A model generated the notes under the pieces. It was not told the DNA's origin. It saw only the letters and a program-made list of their open reading frames with translations, and searched no databases. DNA of 39,528 bases from Phoronis australis. Its lineage: Eukaryota > Animalia > Phoronida. The position numbers were made by a program, and so were the translations under genes. The stretch lies in assembly GCA_002633005.1 (NCBI GenBank), contig NMRA01001054.1:1-39528 (forward strand), in the 5' to 3' direction. This document shows, piece by piece, positions 11,652 through 22,639 of the stretch (the first letter of the stretch is position 1; the number at the start of each line of letters is the position of its first letter).

Positions 11652-11804
11652 CTGAGTGGGCGACGTCTCTGGAGCAGAAGTTACCGACAGTGTTGTAGTG
11701 CCATCTGTTGTCATCAGTGAAGGATTAGAGGTGGCGAGTGGGTTCCCTGAGTTATCGGGGGGAGATGTAATGTCGATATTAGCAGATGCGCTGGCAAGCA
11801 AGGT
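11652..11804 (-). CDS. LDLa/EGF/mucin gene, exon D: Ser/Thr/Pro-rich stalk
   Basis: TTTGTAG acceptor and CAG/GTAACA donor; 153 nt, phase 0-0. Reads TLLASASANIDITSPPDNSGNPLATSNPSLMTTDGTTTLSVTSAPETSPTQ. Confidence 0.82.
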
Positions 11805-11884
11805 CTACAAATAATGAAAGAATATTATATGCATGTAACTAAACAGTGGCACTAAAATACTAATGAGGCAGTATGTGAAATAGA

Positions 11885-13447
11885 TGCTCAAGAGGGCTTT
11901 TTATTGAAATGCGTCCGCGACAACAATGCAAAGAGTGTGCTTCTAGAGGTGTTAATTAGTATCAAAAATAGACACTAGGTGGTGCAGAAAATGTCAAATC
12001 CATCCCAAAATGGATAGATGCTATCGCCATCATAACAGAAATTTGTTTACCACATTTCAATAAAAACTGTCACAAAACTCAGATACAGAATGCAAAAACT
12101 AAAATTGACACTAGGAGGTACAGCAGTAACTAAAACCGTCCAAAAGCTGTAAGTAGCTGTAGTCACATTGATAATTCTTGCAAAATTTCACAAAGACTCT
12201 TCAAAGAAGTGAGGAGATATGGCCGAGGAAGCGTCACAGTTGTCAAATCTGTCCACAAATCAACGTCTTCTTATCAGGAACAAAAACGCGCTAGAAAATA
12301 AAAATGGCCACTAGGTGATGCAAAAGTACATCAAATCCATACAAAAATGGAAGACTATTATGGTCATCTCCTTAATAGAAACTTTTTTTCTGATTATCAC
12401 AAAAAAACAAATCAATGAACTCCGAAAATACTGACTGAGGCAAACGTAAACAACTAAAACTGCCACTAGGCGACACAGTCAGTGGTAGTCGAAAGGGTCT
12501 GAAACACATCATAAAATGTTGTCAGCTCCATAGGAACACGTCTGCCAAATTTCACAAGGATCCTAAAAAAGGTTGAGGAGACACAGCTGCACATAAAAAA
12601 AACCACTAAGGGGCGCCAAAGTAATGAAACCCATCTGAATATCAACGTCAACCGTAGTGTTCTCATCAGGAACGCATCTGCCTAATTTTCACAATGATCC
12701 TCCAAGTAGTTTGGCGGATAGAAAGGCAGACGCAAAAAATGGATTCGAAACTGCTAAAAATTCCCACTAGGAGGCGTACAATACAAAAAATCTATCTGAA
12801 AATGGAAAGGCATTGTCAAGAAACCTATTTGCAAGTTTCATGAAAATCCATCACTGATTTCCGAAGATACACAGTAAAACGTAACTAGAGGCACACCAAT
12901 TATTGTATTGGGCTGAAACTCGTCACCATCTCTTATCAACTCCATAGAAACACATCTGCCAAATTTCACAAAGTTCCTGCAAAGTGTAAAGGAGACACAG
13001 CCATAGATACAAAATGAAAGAAAATGTCCACTGGGGCGGCAAAGTACTCGAACACACCCAAAAATCAACATCAATTGTGGTATCCTCATCAGAAACACAC
13101 CTGCCAATTTTCATAATGATCCTTCCAGTGGTTTGACAGATAAGAAAGGTGGACACCAAAAATGAACTTGAAAATTTAAAAAACGGACACTAGCTGGATC
13201 GTCAAAGACATCAGAAAATGTAGAGGTGTCATCGCCTTCATAACAGAAATCTATTTGTCAAATTCAAGNGTCCGATTTGTCCGAAAGTCGGCGTCATCCG
13301 TCGTCAGCTTCATAGGAACACACCTACCCAATCTCATTTAGATCATGTAAAGGGTTTAGGAGACACAGCAGCGGATGCCGGATGCCTTGATGTCCAGACA
13401 GTGATGATGGCAATATACACCTGCATAAAAATATGCAGGTGCATAAA
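11885..13447 (+). mobile_element. Non-autonomous Helentron/DINE-like element with about 9 degenerate 120-200-bp internal units and a 3' stem-loop
   Basis: Recurring CCACTAGG.GGC / AACACATCTGCCAAATTTCACAA units and a GGATGCC-type microsatellite-like tract (13370-13398). Perfect 10-bp hairpin CACCTGCATA-AAAA-TATGCAGGTG at 13418-13441. The family call rests on structure only, and the 5' boundary is approximate. Confidence 0.6.
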
Positions 13448-13466
13448 TGCATATACATTGACTCAC

Positions 13467-13658
13467 ATTCTCAATGCTCGTTTTCCCACCAGAGGTCACC
13501 ACTCTGCTGTCAGTAATTACATCTGATTGGGTGGTTGCTGCTGCAGTTGTGCCAACAGAGACCTCTGTGGTGGCTGGTTCATGTGATTCTGTTGTTACAC
13601 GAGCTTGTGTTGTAGATTCAGCACTTGGTGATGAAGTAACTGTTGCTGACTCTTGGTT
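13467..13658 (-). CDS. LDLa/EGF/mucin gene, exon C: Ser/Thr-rich stalk
   Basis: TTTTCCTTAG acceptor and GTGAGT donor (13466-13461); 192 nt, phase 0-0. Reads NQESATVTSSPSAESTTQARVTTESHEPATTEVSVGTTAAATTQSDVITDSRVVTSGGKTSIEN. The + ORF 13474..13662 is its antisense shadow. Confidence 0.88.
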
Positions 13659-14239
13659 CTAAGGAAAATGATGTATTTTAACATCAACACATGCTGCAAA
13701 TCTAACAACAAATAGAGACCAAAAACATCTAGAATGAATATATTCCACATTCACTTAGTAATTATCCAACAAAGCAAAAGGAACATAGAAACATTTTTTT
13801 ATTTTTCAAGTACATCAGATAAATGCCACTACTCCCAATTCTGTTAAGGCTATAGTCAGCCTTACATCGACAAGTAAAAGAATTAAAGTAAGATAAAATA
13901 AGAAATTAGAAATATTTTCTTATGTCAAAAATAACACCTATGAACTTTAATCCAACCACAGCATAACCACAGAAGTCTAGATGTCATTGAGTTAACTTGC
14001 CTTATTTCACAGCTAATTGACTTGTCACTAAATCAATACTTAAACTGCTGACACTCGCCATTGTGTGAAATGGGATGTCCCAAAGGAACAGCCACATTAC
14101 CAACGAATATAACTTAAATGCAATACACCACTCAACGAGGAGACAAGCAGATAATAACATAACACGTCTTCGGTAACCTTTGACAACAGTGTCTCCACTT
14201 CAACACATAGTTCAACACGGTGATGTTCACCCCACCTAC

Positions 14240-14418
14240 CGTAGTTAACCGTTCGGTTGTCTTGTCCAGTGTAGTGGCTGAAGCTTTAAACTGGCAGTTA
14301 GTTCCACTGGTGCCAGCTGGACACGTGCACATATAGTAGGCAACGGTGATCCTGTCACGACGACTGAACGCTTCACACGAACCGCCATTCAGACATGGTT
14401 GACTGTGGCAGGAGTCGA
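14240..14418 (-). CDS. LDLa/EGF/mucin gene, exon B: EGF1
   Basis: CTTTTTCAG acceptor and GTAGGT donor; 179 nt, phase 1 to 0. Reads DSCHSQPCLNGGSCEAFSRRDRITVAYYMCTCPAGTSGTNCQFKASATTLDKTTERLTT. Confidence 0.92.
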
Positions 14419-15122
14419 CTGAAAAAGATGCAAAGCTAGATAGCGTTTGAGGGAATAAGTCCACAGACTTCCAAAATTAATGGTGTGTAATAACAAGTGT
14501 CAGCTGGGCGGAGCCTAAACGCAATTACTACCTATAATGATAAGAATAATGACCAGTATTCCATAAGAGGTCAGTGACCACTCGCCACTATGGCAAAAGA
14601 ATTACACTTCATTCACAATTACCATATAAATATTAAAGAAGCATTTAAATGATAAAAATGGACTCGAAACACTTCCTTATAGTCGGTTTCTGCCAATAGG
14701 AATGTCCACTTTCCGATATAGCAGGGACGTGATGAAATATGCCTCGTCGCAGGATAGCATTTCGGAAACTGTGTCAAGCATTTAAGGATTCAGTTTTAAG
14801 GTAAACAGTTATCATTAATAATTTACTAAAGACCATTTTCTAAGTGTATAAAATGATAGTCATTTGTCTATGGGAGAAATCATGAATGCAATGTCTTGCC
14901 AAAATAAACAGAATTTTTAAGTATTTTAAAACAATCTACGAGATTTTCAGAACAAGCAAACCGTTACCGAAAATACACACATAGCCATACTTCTTGAAAA
15001 TTTTCAGAAAATAAGTTCATCGGCATACTTTTGGTTGACCCTGTTTTGGGAAATTACCGGTGCTGCAGTAATTTTAAAAATTTGACAGTGAATAAGAAGG
15101 AAACGTCAACTTAAATTCTTAC

Positions 15123-15290
15123 CAGGCTGAAGTCCCATGACACTGTTACATGTAGCGTTAGACTCATCTGAGCCTCCAGGGCAGTCAACCTTACCATCAC
15201 ACACCCAGTCACACATTGTGCAATCAGTGACAACAGGGTGACCACAGGACATCTGGCAGATGAACGAGTTGTCTGGACATCCATCCATAA
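15123..15290 (-). CDS. LDLa/EGF/mucin gene, exon A: LDL-receptor class A module (8 Cys)
   Basis: TTCTTCCACTAG acceptor and GTAAGA donor; 168 nt, phase 1-1. Contains the LDLa signature WVCDGKVDCPGGSDE. Confidence 0.9.
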
Positions 15291-15770
15291 CTAGTGGAAG
15301 AAAAGAGATCTATTTCTAGACACTATTAAATTGGTAAAAAATGAAGTTAAAACTTTATATTTATGCCATTTACCATGGTCTTATCTTGCTCCTTGCCGAG
15401 TCAAGAAAAACTGATATCTGAGCTCCAGAAGAACTATCAGTTTGTTATTTTTTTAGATCAAGGTAAAAAAAAATTACAAGCTTGGTCTAAGGAAATAACA
15501 GCTCTTTGCAAGACTAAAATCATTTCTCATCTGAGTAAGGAACAAGTTGAGACCAATTTTGTAGTGGTAAGTGGTCTAAAGCAGGTTTATTGCCATTTCA
15601 AGTACTTCTAAAACAGACCGTAACTGAATTGGTTTCCTTTACCCCCACCAGTAGTAGTGAGTCAGGATAATTCAACTATGGGACACAATAGACACCATGT
15701 ACTATTAATACAATTCCAATCATAGTGATATATTATTACATAAATTATTACATACATTGACACTACAAAT

Positions 15771-15859
15771 TAACCAATGGAGACTACAAGTAAGCACCTT
15801 GACTACAGTTAATTGTAACCAATGGAGACTACAAGTAAGCACCTTGACTACAGTTAATT
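15771..15859 (+). repeat. Tandem duplication, 45-bp unit x2
   Basis: TAACCAATGGAGACTACAAGTAAGCACCTTGACTACAGTTAATT at 15771 and 15816. Confidence 0.95.
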
Positions 15860-16206
15860 ATAATTAGCACAGATAAAAGAGTGATATTACATAAGACTGT
15901 TGATGTCAGAGCGTGATCAGTTAAAAAGGTAATGCTAAATTGGTAGTTAGCTGTTTGGCTCATCACTCCATCATGGGAGCTCATTGCGAACTGTTGGACG
16001 ATACCTCTCACATAAATTATAAGTAAAGAAGGGAGTAAAACGTATGTAGAAACTTTTGCTGAGACCGAGACTTGAATCTGAGTTGACTGTGCAATAACCG
16101 AGCATCCAAACCGTTCAGTCAAGAGGCAACTGCCACTTGACAAATAATTTAGGAAGGCTTTTTATTGCTGTACATCACACTCGGAAGTCACTTGTCACAA
16201 CACGTA

Positions 16207-16450
16207 ATTATGCCATTATATTGGAATATAGATGTGTCGGAAGTGTAGCAAGGTTCCCAATCTTGCCATTACAAGACACTCGCAATAACCTGCTGCTTGA
16301 CATTTGATCAGGGTCTGACAGTGAATGACCCCGATCAAAGGTCAAGCAGCAGCCTGTTACAGCGATACACACGTGTCACATACTAGTAGTATCAAGATTG
16401 CAAACCTCATCCAATCCAGCGCATCTATATTTCTGAGTAATGGTGTATAT
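16207..16450. mobile_element. Degenerate palindromic (foldback/MITE-like) element
   Basis: Core arms 16290-16315 and 16327-16352 (26 bp, 2 mismatches). Outer matches AATATAGATG/CATCTATATT and CAATCTTG/CAAGATTG are symmetric about the same centre. Confidence 0.6.
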
Positions 16451-16511
16451 ATTTCTCCCTCACTGGTGTATACAAGAGGAATGTTCTAACACATAATTCA
16501 AATATAACTAT

Positions 16512-17052
16512 ATCAATTGAAATCCTATCTTCCTCTCCCAGCTCTCAGGTTAATATATAATTCATTTCTCCCCACTCATTTAAACTACAGCATTGCAACT
16601 TGGGGTTTTAGCAACACTAAGAAACTCCAGACAGTCCAGAAGAGAATCCTTAAGAATATATCCACACTCTGCCAATATGTAATGAACTTCACCTCCCTCT
16701 ATTTCAAGACATCTTTAAAATCTCACAACAAAATTTTACTTCAGCTTCCTAAGTATTTTTACACTAACAAAAACTTCTGTAGTAACCCCATCCAATATAA
16801 ACCAACCAGACACATTAAAACTCCTACATACCAAAATCAATACTTAGCTGCTATTCCGACAATACAACCCAAAATTTCAATTCCCCGCCCAACAAATTGT
16901 CATCAAGAGCCTATATCAGATTTGAAATTCCTCCCCTTGTAAACAACAACGAAATACCAGTCTGTGCTTTAAATATAATAAAAACACTCTTTGCAAGCAT
17001 TCTCCAGGTCCTAAACCAATTCTATAATTAGCAACTATTGATCCAATCTGTC
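16512..17052 (+). mobile_element. Decayed 3' fragment of the same LINE ORF2 found downstream
   Basis: Paralogous to about 18400-18972 (YLPLPAL.LIYNS...HLNY.IATWGF.NTKKLQT), with several small deletions and frameshifts. Confidence 0.9.
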
Positions 17053-18972
17053 ATAAATAAAACATGGGATACGATAAAGACAGTTATGAACAACGGCGTT
17101 CGAACAAAAAATGACACCCCAGAATGTCNACAGTTATGAACAACGGCGTTCGAACAAACAATGGCACCCCAGACTGTCTCTTACGTTCAGATAACACTAA
17201 AACCAGTGACCTACCCGAAATGGCAAGTTTTTTTAACACCTACTTTACCCAAATCGGTCCATCCCTTTCTGAATCAATAACAATGATAAAAAACAAGAAT
17301 TTCAAAGACTATCTTCCCACGCCAAACAAATTTAAGTTCTCTTTCAAACCAATTAATAATAAACATGTACTAGATATTATAAGAGACATGGACGCAAAAA
17401 ATAGCACTGGTCATGACAATTTATCATCTAAAATTATCAAAATAAGCAGTCCTTTTATAATTGAACCTCTCACGACCATCATCAACCAGTGCTTGCACAC
17501 TGGTATATTTCCAGATGCTCTAAAGATTGCTAAAGTGATCCCAGTTTTTAAACAACATGGATTGGACCCAGAGCACCCGGGCAATTATAGACCCATTTCT
17601 ATTCTTCCAACAATCTCAAAAATTATAGAAAAAATTATCCATAATCAACTTTCAACTTTCCTAAATGAAAATGATATACTTAATAAGCATCAATATGGTT
17701 TCAGGAAATGTCACTCTACAGAACTTGCTTTGCTTGAACTTTTAGACCGCATTTGTTCCCATCTTGATAATGACATGAATCCCCTGGTCATCTTTCTAGA
17801 TCTCTCAAAAGCTTTTGACACAATAGACCACCAAATACTCTTGCAAAAGATAAATCACTATGGTATTACTGGAGTTGAATATTCACTGGTTAAAAGTTAA
17901 CTCTCAAACCGCACCCAATATGTTTCACTAAGTGATACAACATCCACTTGGTTACCAATATCTACCGGAGTTCCCCAAGGCTCTGTCCTTGGCCCACTTC
18001 TCTTCCCAGTTCACATAAATGATCTTTCGTTTTCTTCTCCCATGGACACACTTCTTTATGCTGACGACACTTGCCTCACCACACCTTACAAACTGACGGA
18101 ATCTTCCCAACACACTTTACAGCAATTAAACACCATCAACAACAACCTTAAATCTATTTCAAACTGGTTTTCTGTGAACAAACTTTCAATTAACACATCA
18201 AAAATAAATTAATGATCTTCCACTACCCCCAAAAGAAAATTGAAAAATGTATTATTCCCACCATTTATATAAATAGCAAAACAATACATCATGTGAACAG
18301 TTTTCCTTTCCTTGGTATTACTGTTGACAAAAACCTCTCATGGTCCCCCCACATTAACCTCATCTCAAACAAACTTAACAATCTCGGTGGACTCTTATAC
18401 AAATTGAAATTTTATCTTCCTCTTCCCGCTCTCAAGTTGATATATAATTCACTTGTCCTTCCACATTTAAACTATGGCATTGCAACTTGGGGTTTTGGCA
18501 ACACTAAGAAACTTCAGACAGCCCAGAAAAGAATCCTTAGGAATATATCAAATTCCAGTTATAACGCTCACTCTCTGCCCATATGTAAGGAACTTCGCCT
18601 CCCTCTAGTTCAAGACATCTTTAAAATCTCAACTGCAAAATTTTACTACAAATTCCTCAATAATCAGCTTCCTAAGTATTTTTACACTAACAACTTCTTT
18701 AGTAAACCCATTCAATATAAGCCAACCAGACACATTAAAACTCCAACATACCTGAATCACTACTCAGCTACTATACCGACAATACAACCCAAAATTTTAA
18801 TTCCTCCGTCCAACAAATTGTCATCAAGAGCCTGTATTAGATTTCAGATTCCTCGACTTATAAACAACAACGAAATACCAGTCTCTGCTCTAAATATAAT
18901 AAAAACGCATTCTTTGCAAGCATTCTCCAGGTTCTTAACCAATTTTATTATTAGCAACTACGATCCAGTTTG
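17053..18972 (+). mobile_element. 5'-truncated non-LTR retrotransposon (CR1/L2 group) ORF2 reverse transcriptase, pseudogenised
   Basis: Motifs NYRPISILP, QYGFR, FLDLSKAFDT, GVPQGSVLGPLLF, YADD (18057-18068) and FLGITVDKNLSW all lie in one frame, interrupted by TAA at 17898-17900 and 18209-18211. Runs into the N gap. Confidence 0.95.
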
Positions 18973-19518
18973 NNNNNNNNNNNNNNNNNNNNNNNNNNNN
19001 NNNNNNNNNNNNNNNNNNNNNNNNNNNNNNNNNNNNNNNNNNNNNNNNNNNNNNNNNNNNNNNNNNNNNNNNNNNNNNNNNNNNNNNNNNNNNNNNNNNN
19101 NNNNNNNNNNNNNNNNNNNNNNNNNNNNNNNNNNNNNNNNNNNNNNNNNNNNNNNNNNNNNNNNNNNNNNNNNNNNNNNNNNNNNNNNNNNNNNNNNNNN
19201 NNNNNNNNNNNNNNNNNNNNNNNNNNNNNNNNNNNNNNNNNNNNNNNNNNNNNNNNNNNNNNNNNNNNNNNNNNNNNNNNNNNNNNNNNNNNNNNNNNNN
19301 NNNNNNNNNNNNNNNNNNNNNNNNNNNNNNNNNNNNNNNNNNNNNNNNNNNNNNNNNNNNNNNNNNNNNNNNNNNNNNNNNNNNNNNNNNNNNNNNNNNN
19401 NNNNNNNNNNNNNNNNNNNNNNNNNNNNNNNNNNNNNNNNNNNNNNNNNNNNNNNNNNNNNNNNNNNNNNNNNNNNNNNNNNNNNNNNNNNNNNNNNNNN
19501 NNNNNNNNNNNNNNNNNN
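18973..19518. other. Assembly gap (N run)
   Basis: 546 Ns; ORFs spanning it in the track are artefacts. Confidence 1.
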
Positions 19519-19535
19519 CTCTCTCTCTCTCTCTC

Positions 19536-19570
<35 letters not shown>
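19519..19570 (+). repeat. (CT)n microsatellite followed by AATAAA, possibly the LINE 3' UTR
   Basis: Read directly; AATAAA at 19571-19576. Confidence 0.9.
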
Positions 19571-19571
<1 letters not shown>

Positions 19572-19934
19572 ATAAAGTGATACTTAATTGTTTATTGTCT
19601 CTTTTAATAATCAACTATGAGCTGAGAGCATCATCGTTCGCCAGTTTTTCTCGTAAAGATCGAGACAGAACACATGTTTATTTCCGGACTAACAGTGCAG
19701 TTCTTCGTTCTTAAACAACTTGAGGCTGCTGCCACGCGATCACCTGATATCAAGTTTTTACGCCCCGTCGGTGCTCCTTATGCTCTTGAATATTTGGTAG
19801 TTGTTTAAACCCCTGCATACACACCACACTTTCGTATGCTAAAAAAGGTGTGTGTAAGCAGATGTTCCAACAAAAATTTTTGCTGGTGGCGTGACTCATA
19901 CCCAGATGTGCACAAATATGGTTTCGGGAGCAAG

Positions 19935-20254
19935 TTTTCTTTTATACAGAATTTGTTGAATACACGACACTTTTCATTTTTCACGGTCTTTATTCCGTTG
20001 CGTTCATACTTTCTGAACAAACTCTACTCTCTACTGAACATAGATACAGTAACTGACCTAGCGACATAATTAAAAAGACACACGATATTTCGAAACATAC
20101 TTGTGTGTGTCTTTTTAATTATGTCGCTAGGTCAGTTACTGTATCTATGTTCAGTAGAGAGTAGAGTTTTGTTCAGAAAGTATGAACGCAACGGAATAAA
20201 GACCGTGAAAAATGAAAAGTGTCGTGTATTCAACAAATTCTGTATAACAGAAAA
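19935..20254. repeat. Near-perfect long inverted repeat (149/150-bp arms, 21-bp spacer)
   Basis: Arms 19935-20083 and 20105-20254 are reverse complements, with one substitution and one 1-nt indel seen. Confidence 0.97.
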
Positions 20255-21442
20255 TATGGTTTCACGAAACTTATGAGCCAAGTTCATGTGACGAAATCGA
20301 GAAAGGTTATAAATTATCTTAAGAAAAACTCCAGAGATATGTTAAGTGCCAGAAACTTACCAGATGCGTGGAAATTTCCATGTGGAGAATTTCTCGCTTA
20401 CACTGTTTACCGCTCTGAGTCCCTAAGCCCCAGACATTTTTTACCACCTCTATTCATCACGCCCTTTGTATTGATGTAGATCTGAGCTAATGAAGTGGAA
20501 AGGTAATCGCTAGCACTACTTTCTTAACAATGGTGGTTGTTATTACACCCAAATTGTTTTTCTCTGGTGTTTGCACAGAGTTAAAGTCTGCAATATGGAG
20601 AGCAGTTTTAAGTTGGTACATTTTAAATTCTACATAAAGACTAAAAAGTTGATTTGCGTTGATCTTGACAAAGGGCCACTTCCCAAAGGAACGTTGGTTT
20701 TAAATATGGGTTTCATACGTGTTTTCATTACTTTATTTTAATACTCCTGTCTACTTGCTTTTTTTCTTGCCGGTTAAGGTTGCTATCTTTTTATTTTGTG
20801 TTTAACCGAAGCACCAAAACAACTTAGAAGTCAGTTAATTATGAACCCATCCCTAATTTTTGCAGATTACAGGTACATGTCACAGCAAACAAAGCTACAC
20901 GTGCCACTAGTTCAATTTTAATTTTTATTAGAACTAAAATCATAAAATATACAAATGTGCAAATATGGTGATTGCCAAACTGAAGATTTGGAGCCTCTAC
21001 ACAATTCTGGTTGCAGTGACTACATAACTATTCTAGCATTTCCTCAGTCATAAAAAAATGAAATCACAGGTCTTGCCCACCGACCAACCTCGTCCACTGC
21101 TTGCACTCTCTCGTTGATTACAAAGCTAGCCATCTTAGTTGTCTTTACAGGTATTCAAGCTAACTATCGAAATTGACGCATTTCTGCGAATATCTGTTTT
21201 CCGGTTGGTGTACTACCCCTGGAGTAGAGTAGTTCGGAATGCACCGGGCAATAAGCGATGTTTTAAAAAATATTGACATCTAATTTAGTCACAGTGTGTT
21301 GTTCATAGATGTTTCAATGTAGCTTGGTTGTATCAAGGAGTGTAGTAGAGTAGGAGAGTTCACTTGTGAGTTCGCTGCTACCGCTACTACTAGCGCCGCC
21401 AAGTGGTGACTATGCTACGGTCAACCAGGAAGCGCCAAAACA

Positions 21443-22360
21443 ATGGGGAAGGACGCATTTTGCATTGCGATAAATTGCATGAATTCATTCACGAAAACCC
21501 CAGACGTGTCATTTTTAGGTTTCCTAAGGATCCAGAAAGGTAAGGATTATCTGTTAATCAATAATATGATACATTGTCTTTCATTTTGTGTGTTGTGTTC
21601 ACGGTTGTTAGACAAGTCGATCGCATTCCCGTTGCCTACTGTGCAGCCGGGCTGCCGGCGGAATGACTATGATTAACGTACGATGTGATCGTCAGCTTTT
21701 TTGATACTTGCAGTTCATGAATTCCAAATCAAAATGTCACCCGAACGATGGTAGGGATAATTTTAAGAAAACATACCCATGGCCATGGGTAATATGACTC
21801 GGGTGACACGTCACAATCACAGGCAGCCACAAGGCCTCAAAGACTGTCATGAGTCAAGTTAGAGAATCTGTGGGTCTCGGTCAAAAGGTGAAAAAATCGA
21901 CATAATTTTAGTGTGCCAGTTGGACCAATTAAGTTAAGCAGTGCATCATCGAAAACTTAATTCTAGGTGCCAATGATGCTGGGGCGCGGCCCTTAAAATA
22001 TCCGTGGATCGACGTTTGAGTCCTATTTTTTCAGTTGACATCAAGACGCTTTTGTCTCTATTACAATCACAGTACGACAGGAATTCGGTAGTGTAGTGTA
22101 GTTTAGTGTAGGCTACCAGTCCTCTGTGAACCTAGTGAGTATGAGGTTTTTTCCTGAGTCTCTCATTGTTCTGTTCAGGTGCAAGCGCTGGGAGCCGACC
22201 TTATGAATAGAGATGCAGCCTACATGTACATGTACTTGTCCAACAACTGCAAGTTATGCTGTCATCACTTCGAGGAGTCCATTTTCATGAATGAAGAACA
22301 AGATGGTATTGAATGCAGCGCCCGAGCAATACTTGATGTCCCGAATCCACCAAAAATGAA
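21443..22360 (+). pseudogene. Intron-split THAP domain pseudogene (transposase N-terminus)
   Basis: Exon 1 reads MGKDAFCIAINCMNS...VSF, then a frameshift to RFPKDPER. A phase-2 intron spans 21540-22178 (GTAAGG...TTCTGTTCAG). Exon 2 reads CKRW..., KLCCHHFEES (CxxHF) and DVPNPPK. Confidence 0.85.
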
Positions 22361-22639
22361 GATGCCAAAAACTTCTCCGGAATTTATATTACAGCTCTGG
22401 AATAGGCTTTTTTGCATTTCTGATTATCCTCTCACAAAGCTAGTACTGGAACATATTTACGTGTAGAAAGGACAATTAGTCAAAATATGGTTTTCTTATT
22501 TTACTAAGGTTGATCATATTGAAACATTTTATGAATGGTTATCCTGTGACTTGGAGAGAGCCAAAGTGAAAGTGATTGATCTTTCAGAGTCTGAATGGTA
22601 GGCTGAAATTCTGTTACACCCAAGCTATCCGTATCGTTT

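Noticed and set aside
13474-13662. Hydrophobic Val/Ala-rich + strand ORF
   Set aside because: It is the antisense shadow of the Thr/Ser-rich exon C.
17077-17180. ~50-bp tandem duplication inside the LINE
   Set aside because: The copies sit either side of the single N at 17129, a typical contig-overlap artefact.
17898-18211. Both LINE ORF2 stops are TAA at likely Tyr positions, hinting at recoding
   Set aside because: Single substitutions from TAT/TAC explain this in a 5'-truncated dead copy, and two cases are too few to suggest an altered code.
18958-19714. Long ORFs of 200-500 aa in the track
   Set aside because: They are artefacts of the N gap and the (CT)n repeat.
20361-20587. Exon-like segment as the missing 5' exon of the EGF gene
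   Set aside because: The phase-1 frame needed to join exon A has a stop with no ATG after it, and there is no signal peptide.
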